The notes below the pieces were generated by a model that saw only the letters and a list, made by a program, of their open reading frames with translations, did not search any database and was not told where the DNA came from. Source: Lytechinus pictus (lineage: Eukaryota). From it: a stretch of DNA of 64,000 bases. Within the stretch, counting starts at the first letter, position 1. The number at the start of each line of letters is the position of its first letter. A program made the position numbers and the translations under genes. Below, piece after piece: positions 10,716 to 24,899 of this stretch. The DNA lies in NCBI RefSeq assembly GCF_037042905.1, contig NC_087249.1, positions 10,666,001-10,730,000 of the forward strand. The letters are read 5' to 3'.

Positions 10716-13088
10716 TTAACTGTCAAAGGTTGTCTTGTGTGCATTGTACTGCCAAAGCATATTTTGATGAGAAAAAAATGAAAAAATGATTGTGAACGTT
10801 TCATCATTTTCCATATCTATTGGCGTCCCTCACACGGAAATGTAGGCCTACTGAACATTCAAATACAACACCAATATTCAGATTTTGATTACGTAACACT
10901 TCTTTTCCAAAATCAAAACAAGCTCGGACCGTGTATATTATATCGATATAAATATTCAACCTGTGTAATTAAAATTAGATTAGTGTATGCGTATATGCAA
11001 ACGTAATGTAACATCTGTAATTTCGCATTCAGATCCAGTTGATTTTTTTTTTTAATAAAGGTATGAGATTGCAAAGGCCTTGCAGTGCTCCTACTTTTTC
11101 TCATTCGAGATGTTAAATTTTGATCTTTTAATTTGTTATTTTTTTCGTAATGAAATAGTTTTGATTACATGTCGCTAAACAACTCAATTGTTATCATTTC
11201 AAAACTGAACATCCCAACACTGTCGTATAAAAGAAATCAAAATAAATGAATAAATAAATACATTTTCAAAGGTAGGATTGTGGTGGTACACATTTTCATA
11301 ACAGTCCTGAACTCCTGAATCTTATAAAATCTACCGAAATGGATGCGGGCCAGGAACAATCAGAAAGTGTGTGTAAATTTTGCAAATGTGATAGAATTGC
11401 ACTATAGACATTAGCACTGTGCAATTTACATTCTAATTTAGTGTTTCGCGACGACGTATTAACACAAAGAACTACAATATCACAAATATGGTATAATTAC
11501 ATGCGCACGCTCAAACTTTCTCCCATCCCATGCAGGCCTGCACGCGCAATATCACAATCAAATCTGTTCGAGATATCTTATTAATTTGGCTCGCTCTCGT
11601 GCAAGTTTCCGTTTACAAATTAACGGCAAACAAACCAAAAAAATGTGATGATTTCAATCAAGCCAGCTTCTTTCTTTTCTTGTACTCAAGAGAAAGGAGA
11701 TTGGATAAGGGATTAGTAGGCTGAGGTGAAGACAGTCAATACATTTACATTCATTAGTTCTGGAGCGTGCTGCCTGTATTTCTTTCTCTTTCTTTATCGG
11801 GTATGGATTTCAAAATGTACTCTAAAATTGTTTAATCCTCCGATTTGAATTCAGGGCGTCGTGTTTGCAGAAAATCTTACCTTCGTTCTCTTAATTATTT
11901 TCTCGCCCGGTGTGTGCCGCGAGATTGCAATCCACAACATGCGCTAAGTACACGAAAAAGGTGCGTGTTTCTTTTTTTTTTGTTCTCTTCTCGCATTTAC
12001 TCCGCATATAAATTTCAGGGTTCGTGAGCTCATTTGCATATTTCAAAGATGAAAGATCGCAGTTATTTTAGGCTTTTTGGCACGCGACCCACGCGACATA
12101 AATATGTCGGTCAATTTTCTCAGAAGTTAGTTGATGTTCTGTAAAATGGCGGAAAGCACATAAAGATGTTTAAAAGGGAATAAAGTTGGTTACAACCACC
12201 CCCGCTCCTCCTGTCAAAAACTGGGAAATGGCGAGTGTTTAGAGGAATAAGATAACTAATGTGGAAACAAAAGGGTGAAATGGAAGGTGATACACATTTA
12301 ATAAAATAAAATGTTGAAATATAGAATTAGCAGCCTTCATCGCAATTATTTATCAACAAATAAAGCGAAGATTCAATTTGAGATTCAATTTTTTAAAGAA
12401 ATAAAAGTGAATTCGAATTGTTTGACGCTACGTTATTTTTTTTCCCGTAATATTAAGAAACAAAATGATTTAAAACTAGAAATAAAAATGTATACAAATA
12501 TCATGAATATAGAAGATGATAATTATAGGTAAGTGCAGTTTAGAGAAAATGAAGATTTCCGTATCGTAAATTTACCCACCCCCAGATGTTAGTTGTTATT
12601 CTGTAAAGAACAAGGATGTCCTATGAATTCACCTCCCCCTCTCTCTCTCCCTCACTCTCTTTTTTCTCTCTATCCTTCCATCTCTTCCTTTTTTTCTTAT
12701 CATTTCACCTCTCTCCATCCTTCTTATTCCTACAACTTCTTCATTTTGTCTGAACTTCACTTCACCCATTTTCAACGTCTCATGTCGCAAACATAGAAAC
12801 TAGGATAAGCCCAACTAGCTATTCCAACGCACGCAGCAGTTGAGCCGCGGTGTCACATCTCTGACTATGACTTCATATTTTCTTTTTGCAAAACAAACAG
12901 CGATAAAAACTTATCCGATAATCTAATCTGGTATGATACGTTGGTTTACATAATTGACATTCTACGCGTGGAAAGTATTTGGTTTGCTTTTGATACGGGG
13001 CAAACATTGGTCGCATGGTCGAATGTCTTCTTTACGACATACAGACCACCCAACAGAATACCACTATGACAGTTTTTTCGAGTCTTAA

Positions 13089-13588
13089 GGGGGAAGTTCA
13101 CCCTGAAGAAAAGTTTGTTTTAATAATAGCAGACTTATAATAAAGGATATTGTTGAAGGTTTGAGGAAAATCCATTAAAGATTACGAAAGTTATAAGAAT
13201 GTCAAATTTTGGATTTGTGACGTCATAAACGAGCAGCTGCCCCATATATGTTATATGTAATATAAAATGCATTAATTTCATTTTTATTGGTTTCTGATGA
13301 CTAATTTGCGTTTTCTTATCATGATCGGGTGTGAAATTATTTGTCTATTGCTATATAAAAGGTACAGTAAAAACCTTTTTCAATTTTCTGAGAAAATGAC
13401 ATTTCATTGATTTGGTACCATTCGCTATGTAGAAATGTTGCTCGCATATGACGTCACAAATCAAATAATTAAAATTCTAATAAATTTTTAATTCTTTGAT
13501 GGATTTTTCTCAAACTTTCGGCAAAAGTTATATCATTTATTTTTTTTGCTATTCTTGCAATTAACTTTTGTCAGCGTGAACTTCCCCT
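13089..13588. mobile_element. Kolobok/T2-type MITE, copy 2 (inverted relative to copy 1)
   Basis: TTAA-GGGGGAAGTTCACCCTGAAGAAAAG ... CTTTTGTCAGCGTGAACTTCCCCT; internal sequence matches the reverse complement of copy 1. Confidence 0.82.
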
Positions 13589-13599
13589 TCAAACGTTAA

Positions 13600-14090
13600 A
13601 GGGCAAGTCAGCCGCCATTTTATGTTGCTTTTAAGAGAAAAAAAGTACATCTTATAATCAGGTGGAATTTGATTATTTTTTTTAAATGGTAGAAACTGAA
13701 ATTAAAATCCACCCCCAATTACGAACATTTAAAGATTTAAGTTTGTGACGTCACATGCGATCAGCGTCCTCTTATGAATGGGCATATTGCAATGATATTG
13801 GAATATTATTCTGTTCTCAGTGGTGAATAGTGTGTTTGATCATAGACCTATTACAAATAGGTACACGGTCTGTTTGATCCTAATTTATTAGTCCTATACA
13901 GTTATGACAGTGTGTTGAATGCAAAGAAAAAACTTTTCCCAATTTTCTGAAACAATGTAACAATTTAAGCATTTAAGTGATGCCTTATATCACATGCAAA
14001 TGCGCTGCTTGCATGTGACGTCAAAAACTTCAGATTGAAAACAAAATAGTCACAATTTTGTTACTCTTTGATTGCATTCCAAAAACACGT
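13600..14090. mobile_element. Older, decayed Kolobok-type MITE
   Basis: TTAA-AGGGCAAGTC left end; internal inverted motifs GTGACGTCACATGC (13745) and GCATGTGACGTCA (14011). Right end not recognisable. Confidence 0.5.
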
Positions 14091-15261
14091 CTATAACGTT
14101 TATGAAAATTACAAAAAATTTCCACACCAAAATCATAAGTGAATTTTTGGTATCATACAAAAGCATTGTTCATATATTTGACAATAAGTGTCACGCTTCT
14201 GATTAATTTCCATGCAAATAAAGTCTCACTTTTTAGACGATAATTGCGATCGCAGATCTCACAAATATAATTTTAGAAATTGATGCAAATTCAAGAGTAA
14301 CATTTTCATCATCATTCAGACAACGGTATATTTAGAGAGAAAGAAGTCAAAATATAAATTAATTTTATTACATAGCATATTTGAGCAACCTTTATATATT
14401 TTTTTATCTTGAGGAAAAAAACATGTTGCCAATTTAAAACTTATATTTGCACTGGTGTTGGCTGCCTTCAAGTTGATTGGGAAAGCGGCGAAAGACACCA
14501 CAACCAACAAATCAGATGCAATTGATCATTTTCAATCTGGTCGAAAGAGGGCAATAGACCAGTCATTGATCTAGTGTGTGAGTTTCCATGTGAGAGTGGT
14601 TAACATGGAGCTACAGTCCTGATCTGTCACCAAAAGGTAAACTAAACTTTGTACCATAGATGAATACACACATGAAATGATTACTGAATAAACATATGCA
14701 TATATAAATAGATGGATTAATATATTACTGAATTAAGAAACTAAGAAATGAATAAAATTAGTCAAAAACAATTGCAGAGAATAGTCAGATAGATATAAAT
14801 TGAAAAAATAAATAAATGATTCAATGAATAAATAAATACATAAATCGGCTTAATATTACACAATCGAACGAATGAAGAGTCCTGAAAAATAAACCAAAAT
14901 TTGCTGGACGGTTAAGTTTAAATGTTTGCATTGTAAAACGCATAAGCATTGCTGTAGATCCTGAATTATGTTGTATATTGTTTGTTGGATAAAACGAAAT
15001 GAAAATGAAATAGAAAAAAGGAAAAATTAAACAAGTTATAACATGTATAATAAGCTTATCGAAGTAACAAAATAAGAATAAACGGAATGGAAAAAATATA
15101 TATACTATAAAAAACCCACTAAACTAAAAAAAGGAATGCACTTTACTTTTTGTCGCAAAAGCATTATAGCTCAACGAAAGATGTATTAATTTTGATGAAG
15201 TTGGTCTGGACGGATTTTTTTGTGGCAGCCGTGGTCATGTTGGTTATGATCAAGGTAAAGG

Positions 15262-15512
15262 GTGACAATGGTGGTGTTGATGATGTTGACTGTGTTGATG
15301 TTGGTGATAGTGATTGTGGTGGTGCTGGTATTAGTGGTAGAGGTAGTAGTGATGATGGTGATGGAGATGATGGCGTTGTGGCGATGTGGCAGAAATGGTT
15401 GTGATGGTGGTGATGATGGTGATGATGATGATAATTATTATGATGATGATGATGGTGATGATGATGAGGAGGAGGATAATGATGGTGGTGATAATGATGG
15501 AAATGATGGTGG
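15262..15512. repeat. Imperfect (GAT/GGT)n microsatellite
   Basis: Directly visible. Confidence 0.9.
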
Positions 15513-15719
15513 TTAGATATCTAATTTCTTAGACTACTGTATATAATTCGAAATTTCCCGGCCCCCGTCCCTTGCCCCCCCCCCCCACCCTTTCCAGGAT
15601 CGTCACCCATAGTATAATACAGGAGGCAGTGATGGTGATGGTGGTCGTAACAGCGAATGTATCGCATTGTATTTTTCATTCTTGAAGGTACTTCCCTTTT
15701 CACTACAAATATGGACCAG

Positions 15720-15864
15720 GGGCCCGTTTCATCAAACTTGTTACAATAACAAATTGCAATAACAGTTAAAAGCTAATGAAATCTTTCGATCTGATTTGCT
15801 GATAGAAGATTTGAAATATAAATTTTGCATTTGTTTTTATGATAAATCTTCATGAAACGGTACT
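15720..15864. mobile_element. PIF/Harbinger-like MITE
   Basis: GGGCCCGTTTCAT / ATGAAACGGTACT ends with CAG/CAT flanks; internal similarity to 39948-40086. Confidence 0.6.
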
Positions 15865-18800
15865 CATATCTTCGTAGTACCTCGTGCCGTTTCGAAAATT
15901 AAAACAATGATGCATTCTCACCGTTGTTCCCTTGTCATCCACAGCTGCAGAGTGGATTTGCCTTTAGAAGCGGAATCGTAAAATAAAATCAAAACTGAAG
16001 AATCCGCAGACCAAAATATTATTAAATATCCCATCTCGGAGATGATGAGAAAAAAAGACAAATAAAGAGAGATGATGTTATTTTCTTAAATAAAAAAATA
16101 AAGATCGCATCCATGCTAGATGCGAAACATCACTCTATTCTTTTTTGTTGTTATTTTTTACTACCAAGATGACTTGATTACTACTAAACCAGGATAATTA
16201 TTAGTCTGCTAGCACATACCCTAATTGAAACTCAACAAGTGTGTCTCCACGCAAAGACTAGCACATACAAAACTTGCTGTTTCAATCCTGAGCGAGAGGG
16301 CCTTCAGTACACAAGGCATGAGTAGGCTGCACATTCAGACCCTTAACTCGAGTGAAGGGTTTGCACAGCAGATTAGATAATTATAGCCTTCCAACATGCC
16401 AAATTAGTCGTCTGTCTGTAATATCAGCTTCGTTCTGCTCCGAGTTAGGCACCTTCTCTCTTTACCGTCTCTTGAGATACGGAATGCGTTCGAGGGGGAA
16501 AATGGCGGGAAAACGTTTACCCGCAACAGACGATCAGAAGGGAAGCGCAGATGTTGAAAGATAAATTTAGCAATATGAATTACATAGCATTTACGTCAAA
16601 TCATGACAACCTATTTTTATCATAAAGCAGATAAAACAGATGAAAACCAGATAGGTGATTTGTATATTTTCCCCTTTTTTATATTAGTCCATATTTTACC
16701 GAACTTTTTTAATGGAAATATTGATATAACGGATGATATTTAACTATTGCTCTGTACACTCATTTATTATAATGCTTTCATATTTTTTGTTAAGGAATAA
16801 AGAAAGCAGGTCAAAAGCAGCAAAGAGACCTAAGGTTAGACCAAGTTTTTGTTTTACCGATAGCAAATTGATTTGCTGATATTGAAGTAACATTTCCGAT
16901 CTCGACAAAATGCAACCCATCCAATTTCTTTCAAATTTGTTCCCTTTTTTCTTGTTCTTCTTGTTGAGATATTGAATACGAATATTTTTAACATGTTGCG
17001 TGAATGGATGTACTCACTGGCGCACAGATGGGTCCTAGGTTCACCCACCCCACCCCCCCCAAAAAAAAAAGGGGGGGGAGGAGGAACAAATTCCTGCATG
17101 GATGGATTTTATAGACGAATAAATAAGTAAATAATAAGTAAGTATACAAAATGGGTTCATAGTAAAAACTAATAATAAATAAAATAAATAAATACAATAT
17201 TGATACAGATGAACACATTTAATAAACAGTAAGATAAGAGGATGAGGATGAATGGAAAACAAGGGAATGCATATTTTTGAGAATTTATTTACCAAATTCG
17301 TTCTTCAAACGACTTTTTTTAGCCTAAATCATATTCCCTTAAATTTCAAGCACATATTATTTTCTAGAGACTTGGTTTATCACATTAAGTTCAATTATTA
17401 TGATTGGTTGCACGAAAGGAAAGGTATCATTTGGAGGAGCAGTAATGTTTTTTTCGGGGGGTACTCTACTTTTAAATTAAAATGTCGAATGTGGTTTTAG
17501 AGTTGTCTACCGTGAGTTTGTATGAATTCACTCATAAAATAACCCATGATAAAGTACAATCATGAATTTCCTACAAGTTTGATAAATCGAACAAGATTAC
17601 ATTCGGATACAATGAATTGGCACGGGGGAGACAAGAGATTGGGTAATTGCAAGCTCAACGAACATGCTGTAATGTAATATAAGCGAATGTATATGGTCGG
17701 GTAATTTGGCCATTTTTCCCGTCGACTGAGCAAATAAGCCTCGAATCATCATCACCATTTCTTCAATCTTCTCGTGGAGTATAGGGGTTACCGAGAATGA
17801 GAGAAGAGGGGGGGGGGGAGGCAGAGAGTGAGGGAGAGGGAGATAAAAGGAAGAAGAACGTTGAAGTGAATATGGTGAAAGGAGGAGGATAATTAATTCA
17901 ACTATGAAAATAATATAATAAAGTACAATAAAATAAGAAAGACAAATTATAAAGATGGAGCTAGGGAAAGTATGAATTAAGAAAGACTAGTGGAGGATAT
18001 GAGAAACGGAATCAATAAGAAAATAAGATAACAGGTATGTAAGGCATGTACATGTAGCACGCAAAATTTAAAAAATGCGAAAAGGGAATGGGCAAAACAT
18101 AGTAATAATTGAAAGTGAAAATTTACTGCGTTTGTATGTGGGGTGAAAGTAAGGTGAGAGATAGACTGATAGAGAGAGAGAGGGGGGGGGGGGGGCGAGG
18201 GAGAGAGAGAAAAAAAATAGGAGTCAGGAAGATGGAAAAGCAATGCGTTGGAGACGGGAAAATGGATAACAGATGGAGGAAAGATCGGACGAGGCGAGAT
18301 TTTCAGCGAGACTATAGTTTCATAATCAAAATGCGACCTCACTCAAGCGTAGTTGACACGCGCCCTTATATTACGTCTACGCGCGGCGTGTTCGGCACGG
18401 CGGACTACCGGCGACAATAAATCGGGCTTTTCTATCATCATTTCTCTTAACTGTTCTTTACAGCATTTTAGCTGCTTCTCATAACGTCAGTCTTATTAGA
18501 CATATAGTTCAACATCCGTTAGTCCAAATGATTGTTTTACTTATTTTTTGTCCCTCTGTATTTCCTTTTTATTCTCTTTCTTCTATACCCCTTTTTTTCA
18601 AAAATTCTTTTCAGAAGATAGCAATAACTCAATACAATTATTGACATTTTGATCTGTATCGATCGTCTTTAATAACGTTGTGCCATTATTCAGCTAAGAT
18701 TCACCTTTTTATGAGTACGAGGAGCCATGGAACCGGGGCGTTTTATGTACAAGTTTTTTTTGGGGGAAAGTGGGTGGCTGAAGCCCCCCCCCCCCGGTCT

Positions 18801-19088
18801 CCTCTCGGTTCCTCGGCCCCTGGAAGAGAGAAGAGAGTGAAAGGGGTAGAAAGAGAGAGAGAGAGAGAAGGAAAATCGAGAGAGGAAGGAGGGGGAGGAG
18901 GGGGGGGGGGGGAGGGGGAGTGGATGATGTTAGACGGGGAGGCAATGGGATTGGAATTGCAGGAGAATTAAAATAAAAATGTTGAGGATTCCATCTACCT
19001 CTGATCTAGCGAAAATAACAACATTTTTCATCATTATTTAGCAATTCACACTCTATGTTTTGTGATAACATTATGCTCTTGCATATAC

Positions 19089-19299
19089 ACTCTAAAAATG
19101 AAATGTTGAATCAACATTTGACAAGTTGCAGGAGTGGAGTGGCGACCTTACCTAAATGTTGTATTTACGTGGTTCGAACCAACAATTTTTTTATTAAAAT
19201 GTTGGATTTAGCTTTGTGCAAGGTTGGACATAACATTTGCAAAAAGGTTGTCACTCCCCAAACCTTCAGATGTTTATTTAACATTCATTTTTTAAAGTC
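19089..19299. mobile_element. Decayed CACT-ended MITE
   Basis: TA-CACTCTAAAAATGAAATGTT left end; AACATTCATTTTTTAAAGTC as degenerate right end. Confidence 0.45.
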
Positions 19300-19306
19300 T
19301 AGCTTA

Positions 19307-19549
19307 CATACGCCCCCCCCCCCAAATGAAAAATATCACAACCAAGAAAAAAGCGAAAGGGAAAGAGAGAAGGTTAAAAATATGATCATATTTTTTTAAT
19401 GTTATGCCAAAATCTATCACCAAATTGGATTTTTGCAATAAAAAATGTCGAAATTTTTGCTCGCTCGTATCGCTCGCAACTTATTTGAAATTTTACGCGA
19501 TGCGCCATAATCTATCCCACTCAAATTGTTTTGGCTCATTACGCCACTG
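19307..19549. mobile_element. hAT-type MITE, left end eroded
   Basis: Same body as 2161-2409, ending TTGGCTCATTACGCCACTG; AGCTTA on both flanks is a TSD remnant. Confidence 0.7.
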
Positions 19550-20814
19550 GAAGCTTATATAATCTTAATAAAATGGCTAGTTTTATGTATTACATTACAA
19601 AAACCTACACCATTTTGTTCAATTTCATTTTCACCCCCCCCCCCATGAAAGTTTGTCTCGAAGTAGCAAGCCTCCAGCAAAGATGTAACGCTGATACATC
19701 CATTGCCGATGCATGCCTCCTTCACTTTCATTACAACTAGAAACAGTAATCTTCTTAATGTATCTTTTTTTTCTCTCTCTCTCTGAAAATAAAAGTTCTG
19801 TCCATGCCGTCGTATTTCTGGGGCTTCCCACTTTTTTCTCTCGCCGTGCTTGTATTTTGATGCCCTTTGGGCTATTTCTTTTCCCCATCCCACATGATAG
19901 ATGGACATCCACCGTCTCCCCCGGAAGAGTCGGCGAACTATTGGGCTTCGTTTTCTACTCAAACCCTTATTACCGCGAAGCCAGACTCGCACGACCAATC
20001 GACTGTGAGCGGAACGCTGGTCGCGTGCTAGCCCGTCCGACTGGCTGAGCCGTCGCCGGGGCATGACCTGTTACATCAATCACCCCTAGGGCTTCCCTTC
20101 TTCTCTTTGTTCGGTAATCAAAGTTTGAAAAAAAAATCAGAACAGAGAAGCAGAAAAGGTATTCATTTTCAACTTTGTTGACTGTCCATAATATGGTGAG
20201 AGATGGACTGTAAAATTGATCAGAAGAAAAGCGAAAATGTCAAGAAAACTGGAGATTACTGCGAGGTCATTACTTTCGTCCATGATAAAGAGAGATTATG
20301 TTTCAATTTCGAGCGCTGTATACTTATTATGATATAACACAATCAATGCAATGAACTTTGTAATGAGGATTTGCATCTCATATAACCTCATATTTATCAT
20401 TTAAACCAGGAATAATGAGGGGGATGAAGATGTCCTGATATTGAACTGACTTGATGATTCATACATTTAACAAATTTTCAAGTAGGCCTTAATATAAATT
20501 TTATAATGCGGTTTGTTAAGGATAACTAATACAGAACTGCATTAGTACCCTAATTCAAAAGCACGATCTGCTGTTCCGTTACTTCGTAAAATAGGCATAC
20601 CAACTGCAAAATACTATAGTTGACGACTGGCTTTATAAATACAAGGGAGCAGAATGTTCTAAATTATTAATTTACATTTAGCCATTCCATTCCCCTATTC
20701 GTTATCAATAACTCTAACGATTGTTTTCTCATCTTTTATTGTTTTTTTTAATAATTACGAACATCTTTTTCGACCGCACCAATTCTTAACAAGACTTGAA
20801 GAAATTGAATATCT

Positions 20815-21180
20815 AACCACCATCATTTCCATCATTATAATCATCACCATCGTCACTATCATCATCATCATCATCATCATCACCCTCGTCACTATCATCA
20901 TCATTATAATCATCACCCTCGTCACTATCATCATCATCATCATCACCCTCGTCACTATCATCATCATTATAATCATCATCACCATCACCATCGTCACCAT
21001 CATCATCATCATTACCATCATCATGTTCATCATTATCACCATCCTCCTCCTCCTCCCTATCCTCATCAGCACCATAATCATCATCATCTTCATCAACATC
21101 ATCATCATTACCATGATTACGATCGTCATCGTCGTCGTTGCAGTCGTCGTCATCCTCCTCTCCCTCTTCCTTATCATCAT
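20815..21180. repeat. (ATC)n-derived microsatellite with 30-36 bp higher-order units
   Basis: CACCCTCGTCACTATCATCATC recurs several times within ATC runs. Confidence 0.9.
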
Positions 21181-21439
21181 GAGTCATGATTACGGACCAT
21201 CGGCAACATCACCCTTTCCTAACACGTAGAGTTAGTTATATCCTCCATGATCTTTATGATGAATGAATAATTTCATATTTACGTGGTAGTTGCAATTGGT
21301 ATCTTATTTTGTTTTTCTTTACTACACTATATACAGAGCCTTGCACTCTCCACCGATTTTCAAAAAGACCAATATGATTTCCATTATTCTTTATATTTTC
21401 TCATCGTTATCCCCGTCATATAAGTCTGAAATACAATAT

Positions 21440-21585
21440 ATTATTATTGTTATTATTATCATTATCATTATTATTATTATCATTATTATTATTGTTTTTA
21501 TTATTATTATCATTATAATCATCATCATTATAATATTATCATCATCATTATTTCCATTACCAGCATCTTTTATTATTATTATTTT
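21440..21585. repeat. (ATT/ATC)n microsatellite
   Basis: Directly visible. Confidence 0.88.
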
Positions 21586-22389
21586 ATCAAAAACAAGAAC
21601 CGTCTCACGCGAGATTTCTGTACTTTTATCAGGCCTACATCTATTCCATTGATGATCAGTCTTTTTACGATTTTGATTTCCTTTCTCATTAATTGAATCA
21701 TTCTAAGTGATGAGAGACTTGATTATTCATGAGAAACGCTTGCATCGATGAATTGTGTTGACAGGTTATAATGATAATCTCACGAAATGGGAAATGTATC
21801 TATCTAAATAAATATCAGAACAACCAAAACGAATCAATTTCCATTGTTTTTCGCCTTAATCACGGCAAAGCCATATACCCCTCATTTGTTAACTCCCAAA
21901 ATTCTATACAAATTTGATGATGCTATCCATTGTGGGCAAGGGGGAAAATGGCGTCTCAATAACACGGAGTTTACAAAAGGTCTCTCCGCTAGTTATTGTC
22001 AATCTCATCTATCTTTGAAGCAATCTGAAAAGTATCGGGGAGCGATACGTCTCGTAGGCGAGTCTTTTGTGTTTTGGTATGAATATTAATGAGGACGGTC
22101 CAATTTTGTTAATTAAAAGTGGAAACGCGCAGGGATTTGGAGTAAACTGCTTCACTGGTTTTCTTTTTTGAATTATTATCGTTACTGAGATAGAAGTCAA
22201 ATTAAAAACTGTGATAGAGAAGGGGAGAAAGAAGGAAAGAAAATAGATGGAAAGGGATGGAGAGATTTTCCGGACGAAAACGAAATGATTTTTTTTTAAC
22301 TTATTCGAATAATGGTACAGTATCATTATATGTCATATAATAAGGGGGGGGGAGATATTGGGAGTCAATATTTCAATATTTTTGAAGTA

Positions 22390-22634
22390 CACTCTAAAAA
22401 ATATTCGGTAATGATGTAATCATGTGTCCAACCAACATTGGGGATTTCTTTTGTTCCTTTTTTATTTATCCAGTGTGATGAAAATTTTGCCCATTCTAAC
22501 GTAATTGCTGCCTATTTTTTAACCTTACTGGACAATATGCTTCCCTCATTGGGTAAAATCCTGCCACAAATTGGTTGCACACATAATTACCCTCGTGCTG
22601 GTTAAAATTTTACCCAATATTTGTTTTTACAGTG
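22390..22634. mobile_element. CACT-ended MITE with TA flanks
   Basis: TA-CACTCTAAAAAATATTCGGTAA ... TTACCCAATATTTGTTTTTACAGTG-TA. Confidence 0.7.
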
Positions 22635-24737
22635 TAGTGTAATAGTCTTTAGGCCTACTGTTCATTCAGTTAAAAAACTTACATACATACATAATCTGAA
22701 AAATATCACAGAAAATTGACAATCATTTGCAGCTGAGCATCCATAAAGACAAATAACATTCATTACATTTCAATTCAACTTTATCAAATTCCAATTAAAA
22801 AAAAACACTTTACAAAACATTGGAACATTAAAAACAGGCAATTCAAAATGAAACGAATGAATAAAAAATTGAAATTAAAAGTCTCTAACCTCTTAAATCG
22901 TGATTGATCTGATCAGTAATAATTAACATATTGAAATATAACTCGATAATGAGTGGTCATTTTGTCTCACTCTAGCAAGTGAGATGACTGACAAGTGATT
23001 ATCACCATGTTCACTCTAATGGGAGTGCATCCACACTCAGTTTCGAGTGATCTTGAGTCTATTTACTCAATGATACAAACGAGTATACATGTCCATCCTT
23101 TAACCAAAATTTAAAAAGCATCATCTTAGAGAAAAAATAAAGGAAAACGAGGACCAAACTTTTAAATGGAAATTCTAACTTTGTTTTCAGTGATGATTTA
23201 TTTTCAGAATGTTACGTTCTTGTTCTGTTGATTTTTCACACTTTTTTTGAGATTTCCCTCATTTCCAGGCATTCTGTTGTTATTTTTCTAACGCCGAATC
23301 ACGAACGAAAGAATGAAATCAATGAATCTTGATTTGCAGAAGATACCGTGACTTTATGCACCAATTCGATAAAAGCCTCCTAATGTTATCAAATTGATAC
23401 AATCTTCGAACATAATGCAATCAACTTGAAATTAATGACCGAAACTCTCTCTTCGCCTTTCCCGCATGCTATTTCCCCACTCCCCTCTGTACCAGAAAGC
23501 AATGCCAAGAGAACATGGGCCGACTCAGTCACACTGTGTCATCGGACAAGAACTCGATAGCAGACCGACCACGCACACACATCGCCGTTCGGGAGGCTCA
23601 TGCGATATTGGATTGAAATCGATTCAGAGGTGAGACGTGGAACAAAGAAATAGCGCTGTGCGACCTATACGTCTGTCGAATCATTCAGACGAAGAATCAA
23701 CCATCAGCCAATCAGAAAGCCGGTCTTATCTTATTTTCCCATCGTCCAAAGTCATTACTAGTTATTGTCATTGGGGTATTGCAACTCGAACCCGGCCGGT
23801 AATGGGCCCGCGCCTGCCGGTGGGCCCCCGGGGCAACGAGCATTCGCAAGAGCTGCCCCGAAGAAAGAATACACAAGACATGCAAGATGCAAGTATGCGA
23901 TAAGCTGGAGGGAGGAAGAAAGAAAGTAAGAAGAAGAAAAAAAAAGACGAAGAAAATAGAGGAGAGTGCATTATCCCGTCCTGGCTGCCATGGTTGTTTT
24001 AGTGTATCGCGTGTTACTTAGGGCGGCCTTTTTGCGTGTTGAGTGTACTAATGTCACAATGAAGATACTTTTAAATTGGAAGAGACATGTGATGTATGCT
24101 GTCATGGTCCGATGTTTAGAGTCATGATACACACATCATATCATTAGGCAAGTCTTTCTGAAATTGCATCTTTGAAGATAATGAACATAATGAAACAAAT
24201 AACTAAATTGAGTATTTCTCGTTTTTCTTCAATTTTGAATTGATCTTCTGAAATCAAAGCAAATTGCATGTGTGTTTACTTCAGATATTATTATCATGAT
24301 TAAAATCAAATATGATGTATTTGTCATATAAAGATAAGAAAAGTATTCCTTACATCTAGAATAACTTGATGAGATGTAAATTGAAACTTATCGCCTACGT
24401 TAGAAAATTAGAATTGAATGGAACCAATGCCCCCCCCCCCCACTTTTTAGAAAAAAAGAAATCGATGAATAGTATTTTTTCGTAAAATACTTCAAGATAT
24501 TTCAAAGTTGATGCTTCAATCGGTTTCAATCATGGTATTATTATTGTATGGATTCATCTGGGTTTTTTTTCGTTGAATTGACTAAATGAAAAGAAGATGA
24601 AATGACAGAAAATTAGGGATTTAAAAAACCCAATGAGCGTGATGATGGGATCTGCTCGTCTTTTGATAAAAAGGGACAGGATTCGAGATCGAGTACTGCA
24701 TAAAACGACAATGATGAACCATATTAAGCTATTTTGT

Positions 24738-24746
24738 ATATACATG

Positions 24747-24792
<46 letters not shown>

Positions 24793-24821
24793 TATACATA
24801 TTTACATGTACATATATATAT

Positions 24822-24897
<76 letters not shown>
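24738..24897. repeat. (TA)n microsatellite
   Basis: Directly visible. Confidence 0.97.

Positions 24898-24899
<2 letters not shown>

Noticed and set aside
14948..14972. miR-10-like sequence CTGTAGATCCTGAATTATGT
   Set aside because: Seed differs, there is an extra base, and no complementary arm is evident.
20755..21229. Asp-rich or Met-rich ORFs resembling acidic biomineral proteins (also 15150-15516)
   Set aside because: Derived from ATC/GAT microsatellite; no signal peptide or splice context.
23990..24127. Kozak-like gccATGG short ORF
   Set aside because: Short, no recognisable protein and no convincing donor site.
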